Shown piece by piece: positions 1 to 9,502 of a stretch of DNA of 64,000 bases. The notes under the pieces are model-generated. The model was given only the letters and a program-made list of their open reading frames with translations, had not been told where the DNA came from and did no database searches. Numbering within the stretch: position 1 is the first letter of the stretch; every line of letters begins with the position of its first letter. The DNA comes from Candidatus Lustribacter sp. (GTDB taxonomy: Bacteria > Vulcanimicrobiota > Vulcanimicrobiia > Vulcanimicrobiales > Vulcanimicrobiaceae), in contig OZ255842.1 of NCBI GenBank assembly GCA_965277805.1, forward strand, positions 5,344,001-5,408,000. The letters are read 5' to 3'. Made by a program: the position numbers and the translations under genes.

Positions 1-1
1 G

Positions 2-805
2 GGCACGTTGAATTGCGCGGCGTTGCCGCTCGGCGACTCGAAATACAGTACCACGGCGGCAAGTGTCGGCACCGTGTTCGTGTGCAGCGTGCCGAACGGT
101 CAGGCGCCGTCGGGCACGGGTCCCTGGATCAACGCCGCCGCCGGCACGTGGGACGCGCTGACCAAAGACATCGTGTCGGGCAGCGTGAGCTGGTCGGGTT
201 CGTTCAACGCCGTCGTCAGCGGCACGGCACTCGATATCACCGGGAACGGTTTGCCGCTTGCGGGCATCACGACCGGAACGTTTCCGATCGCATCGACCGA
301 TGCGGTCTATCAGTACGACGCCAATCCAAACCGCATCGCGGCGCAATCGCTCAACTACGCGCTGCCGTACAACCCCGTCGCCGCGGCATCGCCGGGATGC
401 CTCAGCGGTGGGCGAATCGGCGTTGCGCTCAACGGCGTTTCGATCTTCGACGCGCTCGATGCAGTGGGCCACGACGCGGTCGCGCGCGAGGGACAGGACA
501 GCTGCCACGGACATCCCGATCAGTCGAGCACCTATCACTATCACGGCTGGCTCTTCGCGTGCGTGCCAGATAGCGGTTCGGCCGGACAGAACTCGTCGCT
601 GCTCGGCTATGCGCTCGACGGCTTCGGCATCTACGGACCGTGGTACAACGGCAAGATCCTAACGACGGCGGACCTCGACCAGTGTCACGGGACGACGAGC
701 CTGGTCACCTGGCACGGCGCAGCGGTCTCGATCTACCACTACGTCGCGACCTACGACTTTCCGTATACGCTCGGCTGCTATCACGGTACCGCCGTTCCGG
801 CCTGA
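2..805 (+). CDS. YHYH-domain protein, 5'-truncated at the window edge
   Basis: Frame is open from base 2. Motifs IGVALNGV, CHGHP...YHYH, LLGYALDGFGIYGP and LDQCHG...YHYV..FPY..GC are typical of YHYH proteins. Confidence 0.8.
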   Translation, partial: GTLNCAALPLGDSKYSTTAASVGTVFVCSVPNGQAPSGTGPWINAAAGTWDALTKDIVSGSVSWSGSFNAVVSGTALDITGNGLPLAGITTGTFPIASTDAVYQYDANPNRIAAQSLNYALPYNPVAAASPGCLSGGRIGVALNGVSIFDALDAVGHDAVAREGQDSCHGHPDQSSTYHYHGWLFACVPDSGSAGQNSSLLGYALDGFGIYGPWYNGKILTTADLDQCHGTTSLVTWHGAAVSIYHYVATYDFPYTLGCYHGTAVPA

Positions 806-808
806 GGA

Positions 809-837
809 TTGACATTAACGATATATCGCGATAGGAT
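809..837 (+). promoter_or_regulatory. Sigma70 promoter with a palindromic operator upstream of the PadR gene
   Basis: TTGACA (809-814), 17 bp spacer, TAGGAT (832-837). Palindrome CGATATATCG (819-828) lies in the spacer. Confidence 0.75.
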
Positions 838-884
838 GGCAACAGATCGCGAATGGTCGCGATTGTATCAAGAAAGGGGAGTGC

Positions 885-1424
885 ATGCGGAAAGCATGGT
901 TCTCTCACGAACGGGGCCCACGTATGGGCTACCAGAAATTCGGCCCGGGTCCGGGCGGCCGCGGCGGCGAGGTCTTCATCCACGCCTGGCGCGGCGGCGG
1001 ACGCGCGCGCCGCGGTGACATCAAGTTCCTCATCCTCGAGGTGCTTGCAGATGGTCCCCGGCACGGCTACGACATCATCACGGAACTCGAGAACAAGAGC
1101 AACGGGCGCTATCGTCCGAGTGCAGGGTCGGTCTACCCGACGCTGACGATGCTCGAAGAAGGCGGCTACATCACCGGCAGTGCTGCCGACGGCAAGCGCG
1201 TCTTCACGATCACCGATGCCGGCCGCGAACTGCTCAAGCAGAAACCGGGCGGCGCAACGCCCGAGAGCGACGACGGCGTCGATCTCCGCAGCTCGGCGAT
1301 GAAGTTGGGTGCGGCGGTCATGCAGGCAGCGCGCGCAAGCGATGCGGCTTCGCAAGAAAAGGTGCGCGACATCCTCGATGGCGCACGCCGCGAGATCTAC
1401 AAGATTCTTGCCGAGAGCGAGTAG
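885..1424 (+). CDS. PadR-family transcriptional regulator
   Basis: RGDIKFLILEVLADGPRHGYDII...PSAGSVYPTLTMLEE wHTH signature; SD AAGGGGAG upstream. Confidence 0.9.
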   Translation: MRKAWFSHERGPRMGYQKFGPGPGGRGGEVFIHAWRGGGRARRGDIKFLILEVLADGPRHGYDIITELENKSNGRYRPSAGSVYPTLTMLEEGGYITGSAADGKRVFTITDAGRELLKQKPGGATPESDDGVDLRSSAMKLGAAVMQAARASDAASQEKVRDILDGARREIYKILAESE

Positions 1425-1468
1425 CTAGCAGAAGGAAAACACCGCCCGGTCGCGCCTAAAGCGCAAGC

Positions 1469-3178
1469 ATGGCGCGACCGCTCGTGGTGATTCCGGCGCT
1501 CGTTACCGCGGCCACGATCCTCGCGTTGTTGGGCTTCGTGATCGTGCTGAGTTTCAGCAAGATCGAAGACGGCATGATCGCGGGGTTTGCCGGTTTCGGT
1601 AATTTCGCAACACTGCTGAGCGATCCGAATGTGCCGCGCATGACGAGCAACACGCTCGTGTTCGCGGCCATTACGCTCGCGGTATCATTCTTGCTCGGCG
1701 TTCCGCTCGCGTGGCTCGCCGAGCGCTCGGATTTACCCGGCCGCTCGATCATCTGGACCGTGATGCTCGCGAGCCTCGTGCTGCCGGGCTTTCTCGTCGG
1801 CATGGGCTGGCTGCTGTTGGCGCACCCGCGCATCGGCGTGCTCAACACCACGCTCGAGAACGTTTTCCACATCTCATTTCCGCCGCTGCCGATCAACAAC
1901 GTGGCCGGTATGGGGCTGGTGGAAGGCTTGCTGTTGACGTCGCTCACCTTCGTGCTCGTCGCGCCGAGTTTGCGCACGATGGATCCGGCGCTCGAAGAAG
2001 CCGCGCGTATGAGCGGCGCTTCCTCGCGCTCGCTCTTGTGGAACGTGACGCTGCCGCTGATCCTGCCGGCGCTCGTCGCGGCCGCGATGTACGTTGCGAT
2101 CGTCGCCGTCGGTGCGTTCGATATCCCGGCCGTCATCGGTTTGGGCAGCCGCATCTACACGTTCAGCACCTTCATGTACGTGCACGCCTATCCGGCCGAC
2201 GGATTTCCCGACTACGGCGCGATCGCGGCCGGCGGAGCTTTCATGATCGTCATCGCGCTCGCGATGACGTTCGCCTACGTGTACGTGCTGCGCCGCGCGC
2301 GCTCGTTCGCGGTGATCACGGGCAAAGCGTACCGGCCGCGACTCACCGAGCTCGGACGCTGGACGCCCGTGGCCTGGGCGCTGGTGGCAATCTACGCGCT
2401 CGGCGCGCTGATCGTTCCTTTTGCGTTTACGCTGATCTACGCGCTCTTGCCGTTCGCCGAACCGCTCGACGCGAGCGTGTTCTCGCACATGTCGTTGTTG
2501 AACTTCGCGCAGATTCCGTGGAGCTTGGTGGGCACCGGTGCACTGCATACGGCCGAACTCGTGCTGGTCGTGCCGCTGGCGGTCGTTGCGCTCAGCTTCG
2601 CGATCTCGTGGATCGTCATCCGGACGACGATGCCCGGCCGGTTCGTGCTGGATGGGATCGCCTTCATGCCGCACGCCGTGCCGAGCATCCTGTTCGGTAT
2701 CGGTGCAACGCTGGCCGCCCTGTTCGTGCTGCAGAAGATCGTGCCGATCTACGGCACCGTCACGCTGATCGGGCTCGTCTATACGATCGGCTGGATCAGC
2801 TTCGGCACGCGCATCGTCAACAGCAGCTTGCTCCAGATTCACGGCGACTTGCTCGAAGCGGGCGCGATGTCGGGCGCGCGCGCCGGCGCGGTGTTTCGCG
2901 ATATCGTCTTGCCGCTGGTGCGCCCGGCGGCATTCGGCGCCTGGATCTACGTCGTGCTGCTGTGCGTGCGCGAGCTGACGCTGGCCGCGTTCGTCTCGAC
3001 GCCGAAAAACATCACGCTGCCGATGGTGGCCTGGTTCGAGTGGAACAACGGGTCGATCCACGCCGGCGCCGCGGTGGCGGTGATCGTCGTTCTCGCGCTC
3101 ATCCCGTTGCTGTTTCTATTCCTGCAGTTCGGGCCTCGCTCCGATGCGATGTTCGGATCGTCCGTCCGTGAGAGGTAG
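1469..3178 (+). CDS. ABC transporter permease, two-domain FbpB/AfuB type
   Basis: Many TM segments and two EAA loops (LEEAARMSGAS, LLEAGAMSGAR). Confidence 0.88.
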   Translation: MARPLVVIPALVTAATILALLGFVIVLSFSKIEDGMIAGFAGFGNFATLLSDPNVPRMTSNTLVFAAITLAVSFLLGVPLAWLAERSDLPGRSIIWTVMLASLVLPGFLVGMGWLLLAHPRIGVLNTTLENVFHISFPPLPINNVAGMGLVEGLLLTSLTFVLVAPSLRTMDPALEEAARMSGASSRSLLWNVTLPLILPALVAAAMYVAIVAVGAFDIPAVIGLGSRIYTFSTFMYVHAYPADGFPDYGAIAAGGAFMIVIALAMTFAYVYVLRRARSFAVITGKAYRPRLTELGRWTPVAWALVAIYALGALIVPFAFTLIYALLPFAEPLDASVFSHMSLLNFAQIPWSLVGTGALHTAELVLVVPLAVVALSFAISWIVIRTTMPGRFVLDGIAFMPHAVPSILFGIGATLAALFVLQKIVPIYGTVTLIGLVYTIGWISFGTRIVNSSLLQIHGDLLEAGAMSGARAGAVFRDIVLPLVRPAAFGAWIYVVLLCVRELTLAAFVSTPKNITLPMVAWFEWNNGSIHAGAAVAVIVVLALIPLLFLFLQFGPRSDAMFGSSVRER

Positions 3179-3182
3179 CCGC

Positions 3183-4259
3183 ATGTCTCGTTGGTGTTCC
3201 GTATTCGTCTTGGCGCTGGTGCTGGCCGCGTTCGCGCGGCCGGTCTTCGCGCAGGACGCCGCCCATTCACCGGAACCGGCGAACCTCGGCGCGCTCGTGC
3301 AAGCCGCGGCCAAGGAAGGCACGCTCGACGTTGCGTGGGGTGACGTCTACGGCGGTGCTGCCGGCGTCAAGCGCGCGCAGGACGAGATCAACAAGAAGTA
3401 CCACCTGAACTTGCAGATCAAGTATACGCCGGTTGCCGTCGGCGCGGCGTTTCAGAACCAAGTGGTGGGCGAGATCCGCGCGGGCCAAACGGCCAGCACC
3501 GACGTGCTCTTTCACATCCGCGATCAGAACTTGGCGAAGGTGGTCATCCCGGTCGACTATCGCAAGTATGTCCCCGGCTTGCCGGCCGACGTGATGTTCT
3601 ACGACAAGCGCGCGGTGATCGTGGTGAGCACGATCCTGGCCGAGGAGTACAGCACGAAGGACGTGCCGCCGAACAAGGTTCCCAACTCGCTCGCCGGTCT
3701 CTTGGCGCCGGAGTGGAAAGGCAAGATCGCAACGATGCCCTACCAGGGCGTCATCGGCTGGTACCTCGGCCTGAACGAAGCGATGGGCAAGGACGGCATG
3801 GTGAAGTTCTACACGGCGCTCTCGCCGAGCATCGGCGGTTTGATGACGTGCGGTGACTCGGATCGCGTCGTCAGCGGCGAGTTCGCGTTCTTCGGTTTGG
3901 ATTGCGGTGATCAGGAAGTGCGCTTGCGTCAGCGTAAGGGCGAAGCGATTGCGGCGTTCTACCCGAAGGAAGGGACCGCGATCTACGCATTTTCACCCGG
4001 CATTCCGCTCACCGCCGCGCATCCGAATGCGGCGCGGCTTTTCATCACCTATCTGCTCAGCCCGGAGGGCCAGAAGATGCTGTGGGACGAGTTCGGCTGC
4101 GACAATTACAAGCTGGCGGGCTCCCGCATGGCGCCGCTCATCGCCGCGGCGAAGAAGAAGGGCGTCAAGTTCATCGACATCTACGGACTCGACGTAGCGC
4201 ACCCCGAACTCAACGACTATGAGAAGACGATCAACACGATCGTGAACCAATCGAAATGA
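3183..4259 (+). CDS. ABC transporter substrate-binding protein (AfuA/FbpA-like)
   Basis: Signal peptide from ATG 3183; AAAKEGTL, LLAPEWKGKI and AAHPNAARLF..YLLSPEGQ motifs. Confidence 0.85.
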   Translation: MSRWCSVFVLALVLAAFARPVFAQDAAHSPEPANLGALVQAAAKEGTLDVAWGDVYGGAAGVKRAQDEINKKYHLNLQIKYTPVAVGAAFQNQVVGEIRAGQTASTDVLFHIRDQNLAKVVIPVDYRKYVPGLPADVMFYDKRAVIVVSTILAEEYSTKDVPPNKVPNSLAGLLAPEWKGKIATMPYQGVIGWYLGLNEAMGKDGMVKFYTALSPSIGGLMTCGDSDRVVSGEFAFFGLDCGDQEVRLRQRKGEAIAAFYPKEGTAIYAFSPGIPLTAAHPNAARLFITYLLSPEGQKMLWDEFGCDNYKLAGSRMAPLIAAAKKKGVKFIDIYGLDVAHPELNDYEKTINTIVNQSK

Positions 4260-5395
4260 CGACGAGCGCACCGATCCTGCGGGATGACCTCGACTTCGCG
4301 CACACCGGCCCCGGCACGCTGGCGGGCCGGTATTTCCGGCGGTTCTGGATTCCCGTCGCCCGCTTGGACGACGTCCCGCCCGGCCGCGCGAAGCCCATCC
4401 AGCTCCTCAACGAAAAGTTCACCTATTATCGCGGCGAGACCGGAACGCCGCATCTCGTCGGTTATTACTGCGCGCACCGCAGCACGCAGATGTCGACCGG
4501 CTGGGTCGAAGGCGACTGCATCCGCTGCTTCTATCACGGCTGGAAGTACGACGAGACCGGCGCGTGCATCGAGCAGCCGGCCGAAGTGGATTCCTTCGCC
4601 GCGAAGATCGCAATCGAAGGCTATCCGACCAAGACGTACTTGGGCCTCGTGTACGCGTATCTCGGCGATGGTGAGCCGCCCGAGTTCTGGCGCTTTCCCA
4701 TGATGGAGCAGCCGGGCGAGCTCGTCGTCAAGTCGTGGGTCCGCACGTCGAACTATTGGAACGGCCTCGAAAACGCAAACGATCAGGTGCACGTCGCGTT
4801 CGTGCACAGCAACAGCGAGTTCCGCGCGGCCGGCGCGACGCGCGAGATCCCGCGCATCGAAGCGCACGAAACCGAGTACGGCATCCTGCGCAAGTGCACG
4901 TTCAGCGACGGCAAGATTCGCCTGCAGCATTCGCTGATGCCGACCGCGTCGCTGGTGACCGTGTACGAAGATGGCGCCGGCTGGATGCCGCACCTTTCCT
5001 ACCGCTTACCGGTCGACGACGAAAGTCACCTCAGCCTTACCGTGAGCTTGGCCCAGGTTGAGGGAGCGAAGGCTGAAGAGCTGCGCGCGAAACATCGGGC
5101 GCGCGCCGCCGCGATGGAGGGCTTGCCCTCGCAGCAAGAGATCGTCGATGCCGTGGTGCGCGGTGAGCTCTACTTGCACGATCTGCAGCGCCCGGACATC
5201 GTCAACATTCAGGACGCGGTGGCGCTTGCCGCGCAGCCGCCGATCGGCGAACGCGTCAACGATCGGCTCGGCAAGTCCGACGTGCAGATCATCGTGTTGC
5301 GTACGATTTGGGCGCGCGAGATGCGCGCGCTCGAAGCGGGGACGCCGCTGAAAACGTGGACGGTGCCGCCCGACCTCGTCGCAACGAACGGGTGA
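4256..5395 (+). CDS. Rieske non-heme iron oxygenase, phthalate 4,5-dioxygenase / LigXa-like
   Basis: HTGPGTLAGRYFRRFW; Rieske CAHR...CFYHGWKYD; EN..DQVH..FVH and QD iron ligands. ATGA overlap with the SBP gene. Confidence 0.87.
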   Translation: MTTSAPILRDDLDFAHTGPGTLAGRYFRRFWIPVARLDDVPPGRAKPIQLLNEKFTYYRGETGTPHLVGYYCAHRSTQMSTGWVEGDCIRCFYHGWKYDETGACIEQPAEVDSFAAKIAIEGYPTKTYLGLVYAYLGDGEPPEFWRFPMMEQPGELVVKSWVRTSNYWNGLENANDQVHVAFVHSNSEFRAAGATREIPRIEAHETEYGILRKCTFSDGKIRLQHSLMPTASLVTVYEDGAGWMPHLSYRLPVDDESHLSLTVSLAQVEGAKAEELRAKHRARAAAMEGLPSQQEIVDAVVRGELYLHDLQRPDIVNIQDAVALAAQPPIGERVNDRLGKSDVQIIVLRTIWAREMRALEAGTPLKTWTVPPDLVATNG

Positions 5396-6441
5396 GCGCG
5401 GTCGCGACCGCTGCAGCGCCGGTCGAGGTCACCGGTCTCGAGAAGCGCTACGCGGACGGCAGGACGAGCGTTGCAGCGGTCAACGGCGTGTCGTTTCGCG
5501 TGCAAGCCGGCGAGTTCTTCACGCTGCTCGGCCCGAGCGGCTGCGGCAAGACGACGACGTTGCGTTGTCTCGCGGGCTTGGAGCGGCCCGACGGCGGGAC
5601 GATCGCGATCGGCGGCCGCGTCGTCTCGTCGTCCGATCCGCCCGCCTTCGTAGCGCCGAACGAACGCGATATCGGCATGGTGTTCCAAAGCTATGCGATC
5701 TGGCCGCACATGACGGTGTTTCAGAACGTTGCGTTTCCGTTGAAGGTCGCGGGTCTCGGCGCGCGCTCGGCCGAGACGACCGCGCGGGTGGAAGAAGCGC
5801 TCGCGCTCGTGCACCTCGACGCGCAAGCGTCGCGCCTCGCAACGCAGCTTTCCGGCGGGCAGCAGCAACGGCTCGCGCTCGCGCGAGCGCTCGTGCGCCG
5901 TCCGCCCTTGCTGCTCCTCGACGAGCCGCTCTCCAACCTCGATGCGCGGCTGCGCGAACAGATGCGGCTCGAGTTGCGCGCCCTGCAGCGCCGTCTCGGC
6001 ATCACGATGATCTACGTAACGCACGACCAAACGGAAGCCCTGAGCATGAGCGACCGGCTGGCCGTGATGCTCGACGGCCGTATCGTGCAAGCGGGTTCGC
6101 CGGCGGAAATGTACGGCGCGCCGGCGAGCGCGTTCGTGGCGGAATTCATCGGCAGCAGCAACGTGCTCGAAGTGCACGTCGCGGCCCGCTTCGGGGTCGT
6201 CATCACCGGGGCCGCGGGCTTCATCAGCATCCGGCCCGAGCACGTGCGGCTACATCCGCATGACGGTAACGGCGAACCCGGCGGCCGCGTCGAGTCGGTG
6301 ACGTTTCTCGGCGAGATGACCGAGTGTGAGGTGACGATCGGCGACCGCCGGCTGCGCTCCCGGATGCTCTCGCCGGTCGGTTTGGCGGTGGGCGACGCGG
6401 TGCGCGTGGAGATGCGGCCGGAGTACGCCACCCCGCTCTGA
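5392..6441 (+). CDS. ABC transporter ATP-binding protein
   Basis: Walker A GPSGCGKTT, signature LSGGQQQR, LLLDEPLSNLD, TOBE-like C-terminus. GTG start overlaps the upstream TGA. Confidence 0.92.
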   Translation: MSAVATAAAPVEVTGLEKRYADGRTSVAAVNGVSFRVQAGEFFTLLGPSGCGKTTTLRCLAGLERPDGGTIAIGGRVVSSSDPPAFVAPNERDIGMVFQSYAIWPHMTVFQNVAFPLKVAGLGARSAETTARVEEALALVHLDAQASRLATQLSGGQQQRLALARALVRRPPLLLLDEPLSNLDARLREQMRLELRALQRRLGITMIYVTHDQTEALSMSDRLAVMLDGRIVQAGSPAEMYGAPASAFVAEFIGSSNVLEVHVAARFGVVITGAAGFISIRPEHVRLHPHDGNGEPGGRVESVTFLGEMTECEVTIGDRRLRSRMLSPVGLAVGDAVRVEMRPEYATPL

Positions 6442-6478
6442 GGGGCCCGGCGACTGCGAAGCCGAAACGCCGAGGGCT

Positions 6479-7595
6479 ATGTCTGACGCCCAACGAGTTG
6501 CGATCGAGAAGTCCCAGGAACGCCTGACCGCGCTCAAGGTGCGTCTTTGACGACGCGGCCAAACGACGGACGTTAGCCGAACTCGAAGGGCGGTCGCAGA
6601 GCGACGGCTTCTGGGATGATGCGCAGGCGGCCCAAGCGACGATGAAGCGCTTGGCCGAGGTGCGGAGCGACGTCGATGCGATCTCTGCCGTCGAGAAGCT
6701 GCTCGACGAAGCGGCGGAAACGCTCGACGTGCTGGGCGATGAACCCGGGGCCGAAGCCGACGTCGATGCCGCGCTCGCGCGCGCGCAGGGCGATCTCGAC
6801 GCGCTCGAGATGGCGGCGAATTTCGATCGTCCCTACGATTCGCACGGCGCGATCGTCACGATTCGCGCCGGCGCCGGCGGTACCGATGCGGCCGATTGGA
6901 CGCAGATGCTCGAGCGCATGTACCTGAAGTGGGCGAAGAATCGCGGCTTCGAGGGCACCGTCGTGGAAGAAGCAGAGGCGGATGAAGCCGGCCTGCGTCT
7001 GGCGACGTTCTTCGTGCGCGGCAAGAACGCATACGGAATGCTCGAGAGCGAACGCGGCGTGCACCGCCTCGTGCGCATCTCGCCGTTCGATCAGCAGCAT
7101 CGCCGCCAAACCTCGTTCGCCGAGGTCGACGTCGTGCCCGAGATCGAGGAAGGCGACGTCGAGGACATCGAGATTCGTCCCGAAGACCTGCGCGTCGAGA
7201 CGTTCAAGGCCAGCGGTGCCGGCGGTCAGTACGTCAACAAGACCGAGTCGGCCGTCCGCATCATCCACGTACCGACCAACACGATCGTCGCTTCGCAGCA
7301 AGAACGCTCGCAGATGCAGAACCGCGACGTCGCGATGAACATCTTGCGCGCGAAGCTCGTGCAGCGCGAACGCGAAGAGCGTGAAGCGAAGCTCGAGGAG
7401 CTGCGCGGCGAGCGGCGCGCCAACGAGTGGGGCTCGCAGATCCGTTCCTACACGCTCAACCCGTTCCAGCTCGTGAAGGATCATCGCACCGGCGTTGAGA
7501 CCGGCAACACCGAGGGCGTGCTCGAGGGCGACATCGAGCCGTTCATCTGGCCCTATCTTCAGGCGCGCGGGCGCCTCTCGCCGAGCGTCGCGTAG
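6479..7595 (+). CDS. prfB: Peptide chain release factor 2 (programmed +1 frameshift at 6545-6551)
   Basis: A 23-codon ORF MSDAQRVAIEKSQERLTALKVRL ends in CTT TGA C. The +1 frame continues into the ORF carrying SPF (RISPFD) and GGQ (SGAGGQYVNKTESAVR). Confidence 0.96.
6536..6551 (+). promoter_or_regulatory. RF2 autoregulatory frameshift cassette
   Basis: AAGGTG-CGT-CTT-TGA-C: internal SD-like element, 3 nt spacer, slippery CTTTGAC. Confidence 0.93.
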
Positions 7596-7597
7596 CC

Positions 7598-8494
7598 GTG
7601 CCGCCGCGCGTCGACGTCGTGATGGTCAGCTGGAACGACAAGGCCAACGTGATGACGGCGCTCGAGTCGGTGTTCGCGCTGAGCGAAGTGCAGGCCGACC
7701 CGGGCTTTGCCAACGTCGTCGTTTCCGACAACGGCTCGACCGACGGTACGCTGGAATTCATCACCGAGCGTTACGGTGCGCGGGTGAGGGCCATCGCGAA
7801 CGGCGCCAATCTCGGCTTTGGCGCGGCCTGCAACCGGGCGTTCGCGCAAACGTCGGCGCCGTACGTCTTCTTGCTCAACCCGGACGCGGAGTTGAAAAAC
7901 CGCGCCCTTGCAGCAATCGTCACGTTTCTCGACGAGCACCCGCGGTGCGGCATCGCGGGCTCCCGGCTCTACAACACCGACGGATCGATCCAGCCCTCGG
8001 CCGGGGAATTCGATACGTGGACGGGCGCGTTCTTGCGCTCGAGCGCGTGGGGTGAACTGCCGCCGTTTCGGCGTTTTGCCAACGGTGCCGGACTGCGTGA
8101 CTTCACCTACGATAAACCGCGCAAGGTCGATCTCGTGATCGGCGCGGCGGTCGGCCTGCGGCGCGCGATGCTCGATGAGATCGGAGCGTTCGACGAGCGT
8201 TTCTTTCTCTATCACGAAGAAGTCGATCTCGCACGGCGGGCGGCGACGGCGGGCTGGGAAACGTGGTTCGTGCCCGCGAGCGAAGCCGTGCATGAGGGAA
8301 TGGGCAGCGCGAAAGGTCAGTACCGCCAAGTCGAAGTGCGCAAACAAAAATCGCGGCGGCAGTACTGGGTCAAGCATCACGGCTACGCGTGGTATATCGC
8401 GCTCGTGGCCGCGCTGATCGGCCGCTTCGCACTCTACCTCGCCGCCGCCGGCGGGTTGCTGTTCGCCGTAGGGCGGATCGTCCGCGGCAAATGA
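7598..8494 (+). CDS. Glycosyltransferase family 2
   Basis: VVVSDNGSTDGT, NLGFGAACN, LLNPD, FDERFFLYHEEVDL. Confidence 0.88.
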   Translation: MPPRVDVVMVSWNDKANVMTALESVFALSEVQADPGFANVVVSDNGSTDGTLEFITERYGARVRAIANGANLGFGAACNRAFAQTSAPYVFLLNPDAELKNRALAAIVTFLDEHPRCGIAGSRLYNTDGSIQPSAGEFDTWTGAFLRSSAWGELPPFRRFANGAGLRDFTYDKPRKVDLVIGAAVGLRRAMLDEIGAFDERFFLYHEEVDLARRAATAGWETWFVPASEAVHEGMGSAKGQYRQVEVRKQKSRRQYWVKHHGYAWYIALVAALIGRFALYLAAAGGLLFAVGRIVRGK

Positions 8495-8829
8495 TCGCGC
8501 CGGAATCGGTCGTCACCTTCGAGCGCGTCGACGGCTTCCGCGTGGTGAAGTCGTACGGCTACGCATACGGACAGGCCACGCGGCCGCGCAACATCTTACG
8601 CGCGACGTTCCGCAGCATCGGCGCGTTCATCGGGCTCGCGCCGGTCGAGTATTTGACGGATGCCGAGCGCTCGCGCACCGATTGCCTCGCGGAGCTGGTG
8701 CGCAAAGCCGAACTGACCGGTGCGAACGGTATCATCGGTTTGCAGTTTCAGGTGTCGGAAGCAGAAGACGGATCGACCAAGGTGCTGGCCTTCGGCGAGG
8801 CCGTGCTGCTGGAGCCGGCGCCGAAATGA
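8491..8829 (+). CDS. YbjQ/UPF0145-family protein
   Basis: ATG 8491 overlaps the upstream stop; GANGIIGLQF...LAFGEAV pattern; about 112 aa. Confidence 0.75.
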   Translation: MIAPESVVTFERVDGFRVVKSYGYAYGQATRPRNILRATFRSIGAFIGLAPVEYLTDAERSRTDCLAELVRKAELTGANGIIGLQFQVSEAEDGSTKVLAFGEAVLLEPAPK

Positions 8830-9485
8830 CGCTAGCCGAACGTGCGACGCGCGAAAGGACGCTCGAAGCGGCCGCGCGTGTCGTCGAAGCCTGCCGGCTG
8901 TGCACGATCGGTTCAACGCGCACGAACAGCGTGTTCGGCGAAGGCGATCCGTGCGCGCCGCTGATGTGCGTGGGCGAAGGTCCGGGCGAAACGGAAGACC
9001 GGCTCGGCCGTCCGTTCGTCGGCCGCGCGGGCGAGTTGCTGGAAAAAATGCTGGCGGCGATCGGCCTCGCACGCGAAGACGTCTACATTGCCAACACCGT
9101 GAAGTGCCGTCCGACGCTCGATGCCGGCCATCGCTTGGCCAACCGCGCGCCCACGCCCGACGAGATGAAGAACTGCCGTCACTACCTCGACGCTCAGATC
9201 GACGTGATCCGGCCGCGCGTGATCCTGGCACTCGGCGCGCCGGCGGCGAAGTCGTTCATGGGCGAGCGTTTCTCGATCACGAAGCAGCGCGGCCAGTGGT
9301 TCGAAGGCCCGTTCGGCATACCGGTCACCGCAACGTTTCATCCGGCCTACATCTTGCGTCAAACCGGCGGCGCGATGACGGAAGTCAAACGCCTCGTGTT
9401 CGCCGATCTAAAGGCGGTCCGCGAGAAGATCGATGCCGCGCCCTCGCCGCCGCCCGCCTTGGAGCAGCAGTCGCTCTTCGACTAA
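8826..9485 (+). CDS. Uracil-DNA glycosylase, family 4 ([4Fe-4S])
   Basis: CRLC, VGEGPG..ED..GRPFVGRAG, NTVKCRP, TFHPAYILR. ATGA overlap. Confidence 0.92.
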   Translation: MTLAERATRERTLEAAARVVEACRLCTIGSTRTNSVFGEGDPCAPLMCVGEGPGETEDRLGRPFVGRAGELLEKMLAAIGLAREDVYIANTVKCRPTLDAGHRLANRAPTPDEMKNCRHYLDAQIDVIRPRVILALGAPAAKSFMGERFSITKQRGQWFEGPFGIPVTATFHPAYILRQTGGAMTEVKRLVFADLKAVREKIDAAPSPPPALEQQSLFD

Positions 9486-9502
9486 ACGCCGAAGCGCGCG
9501 AG

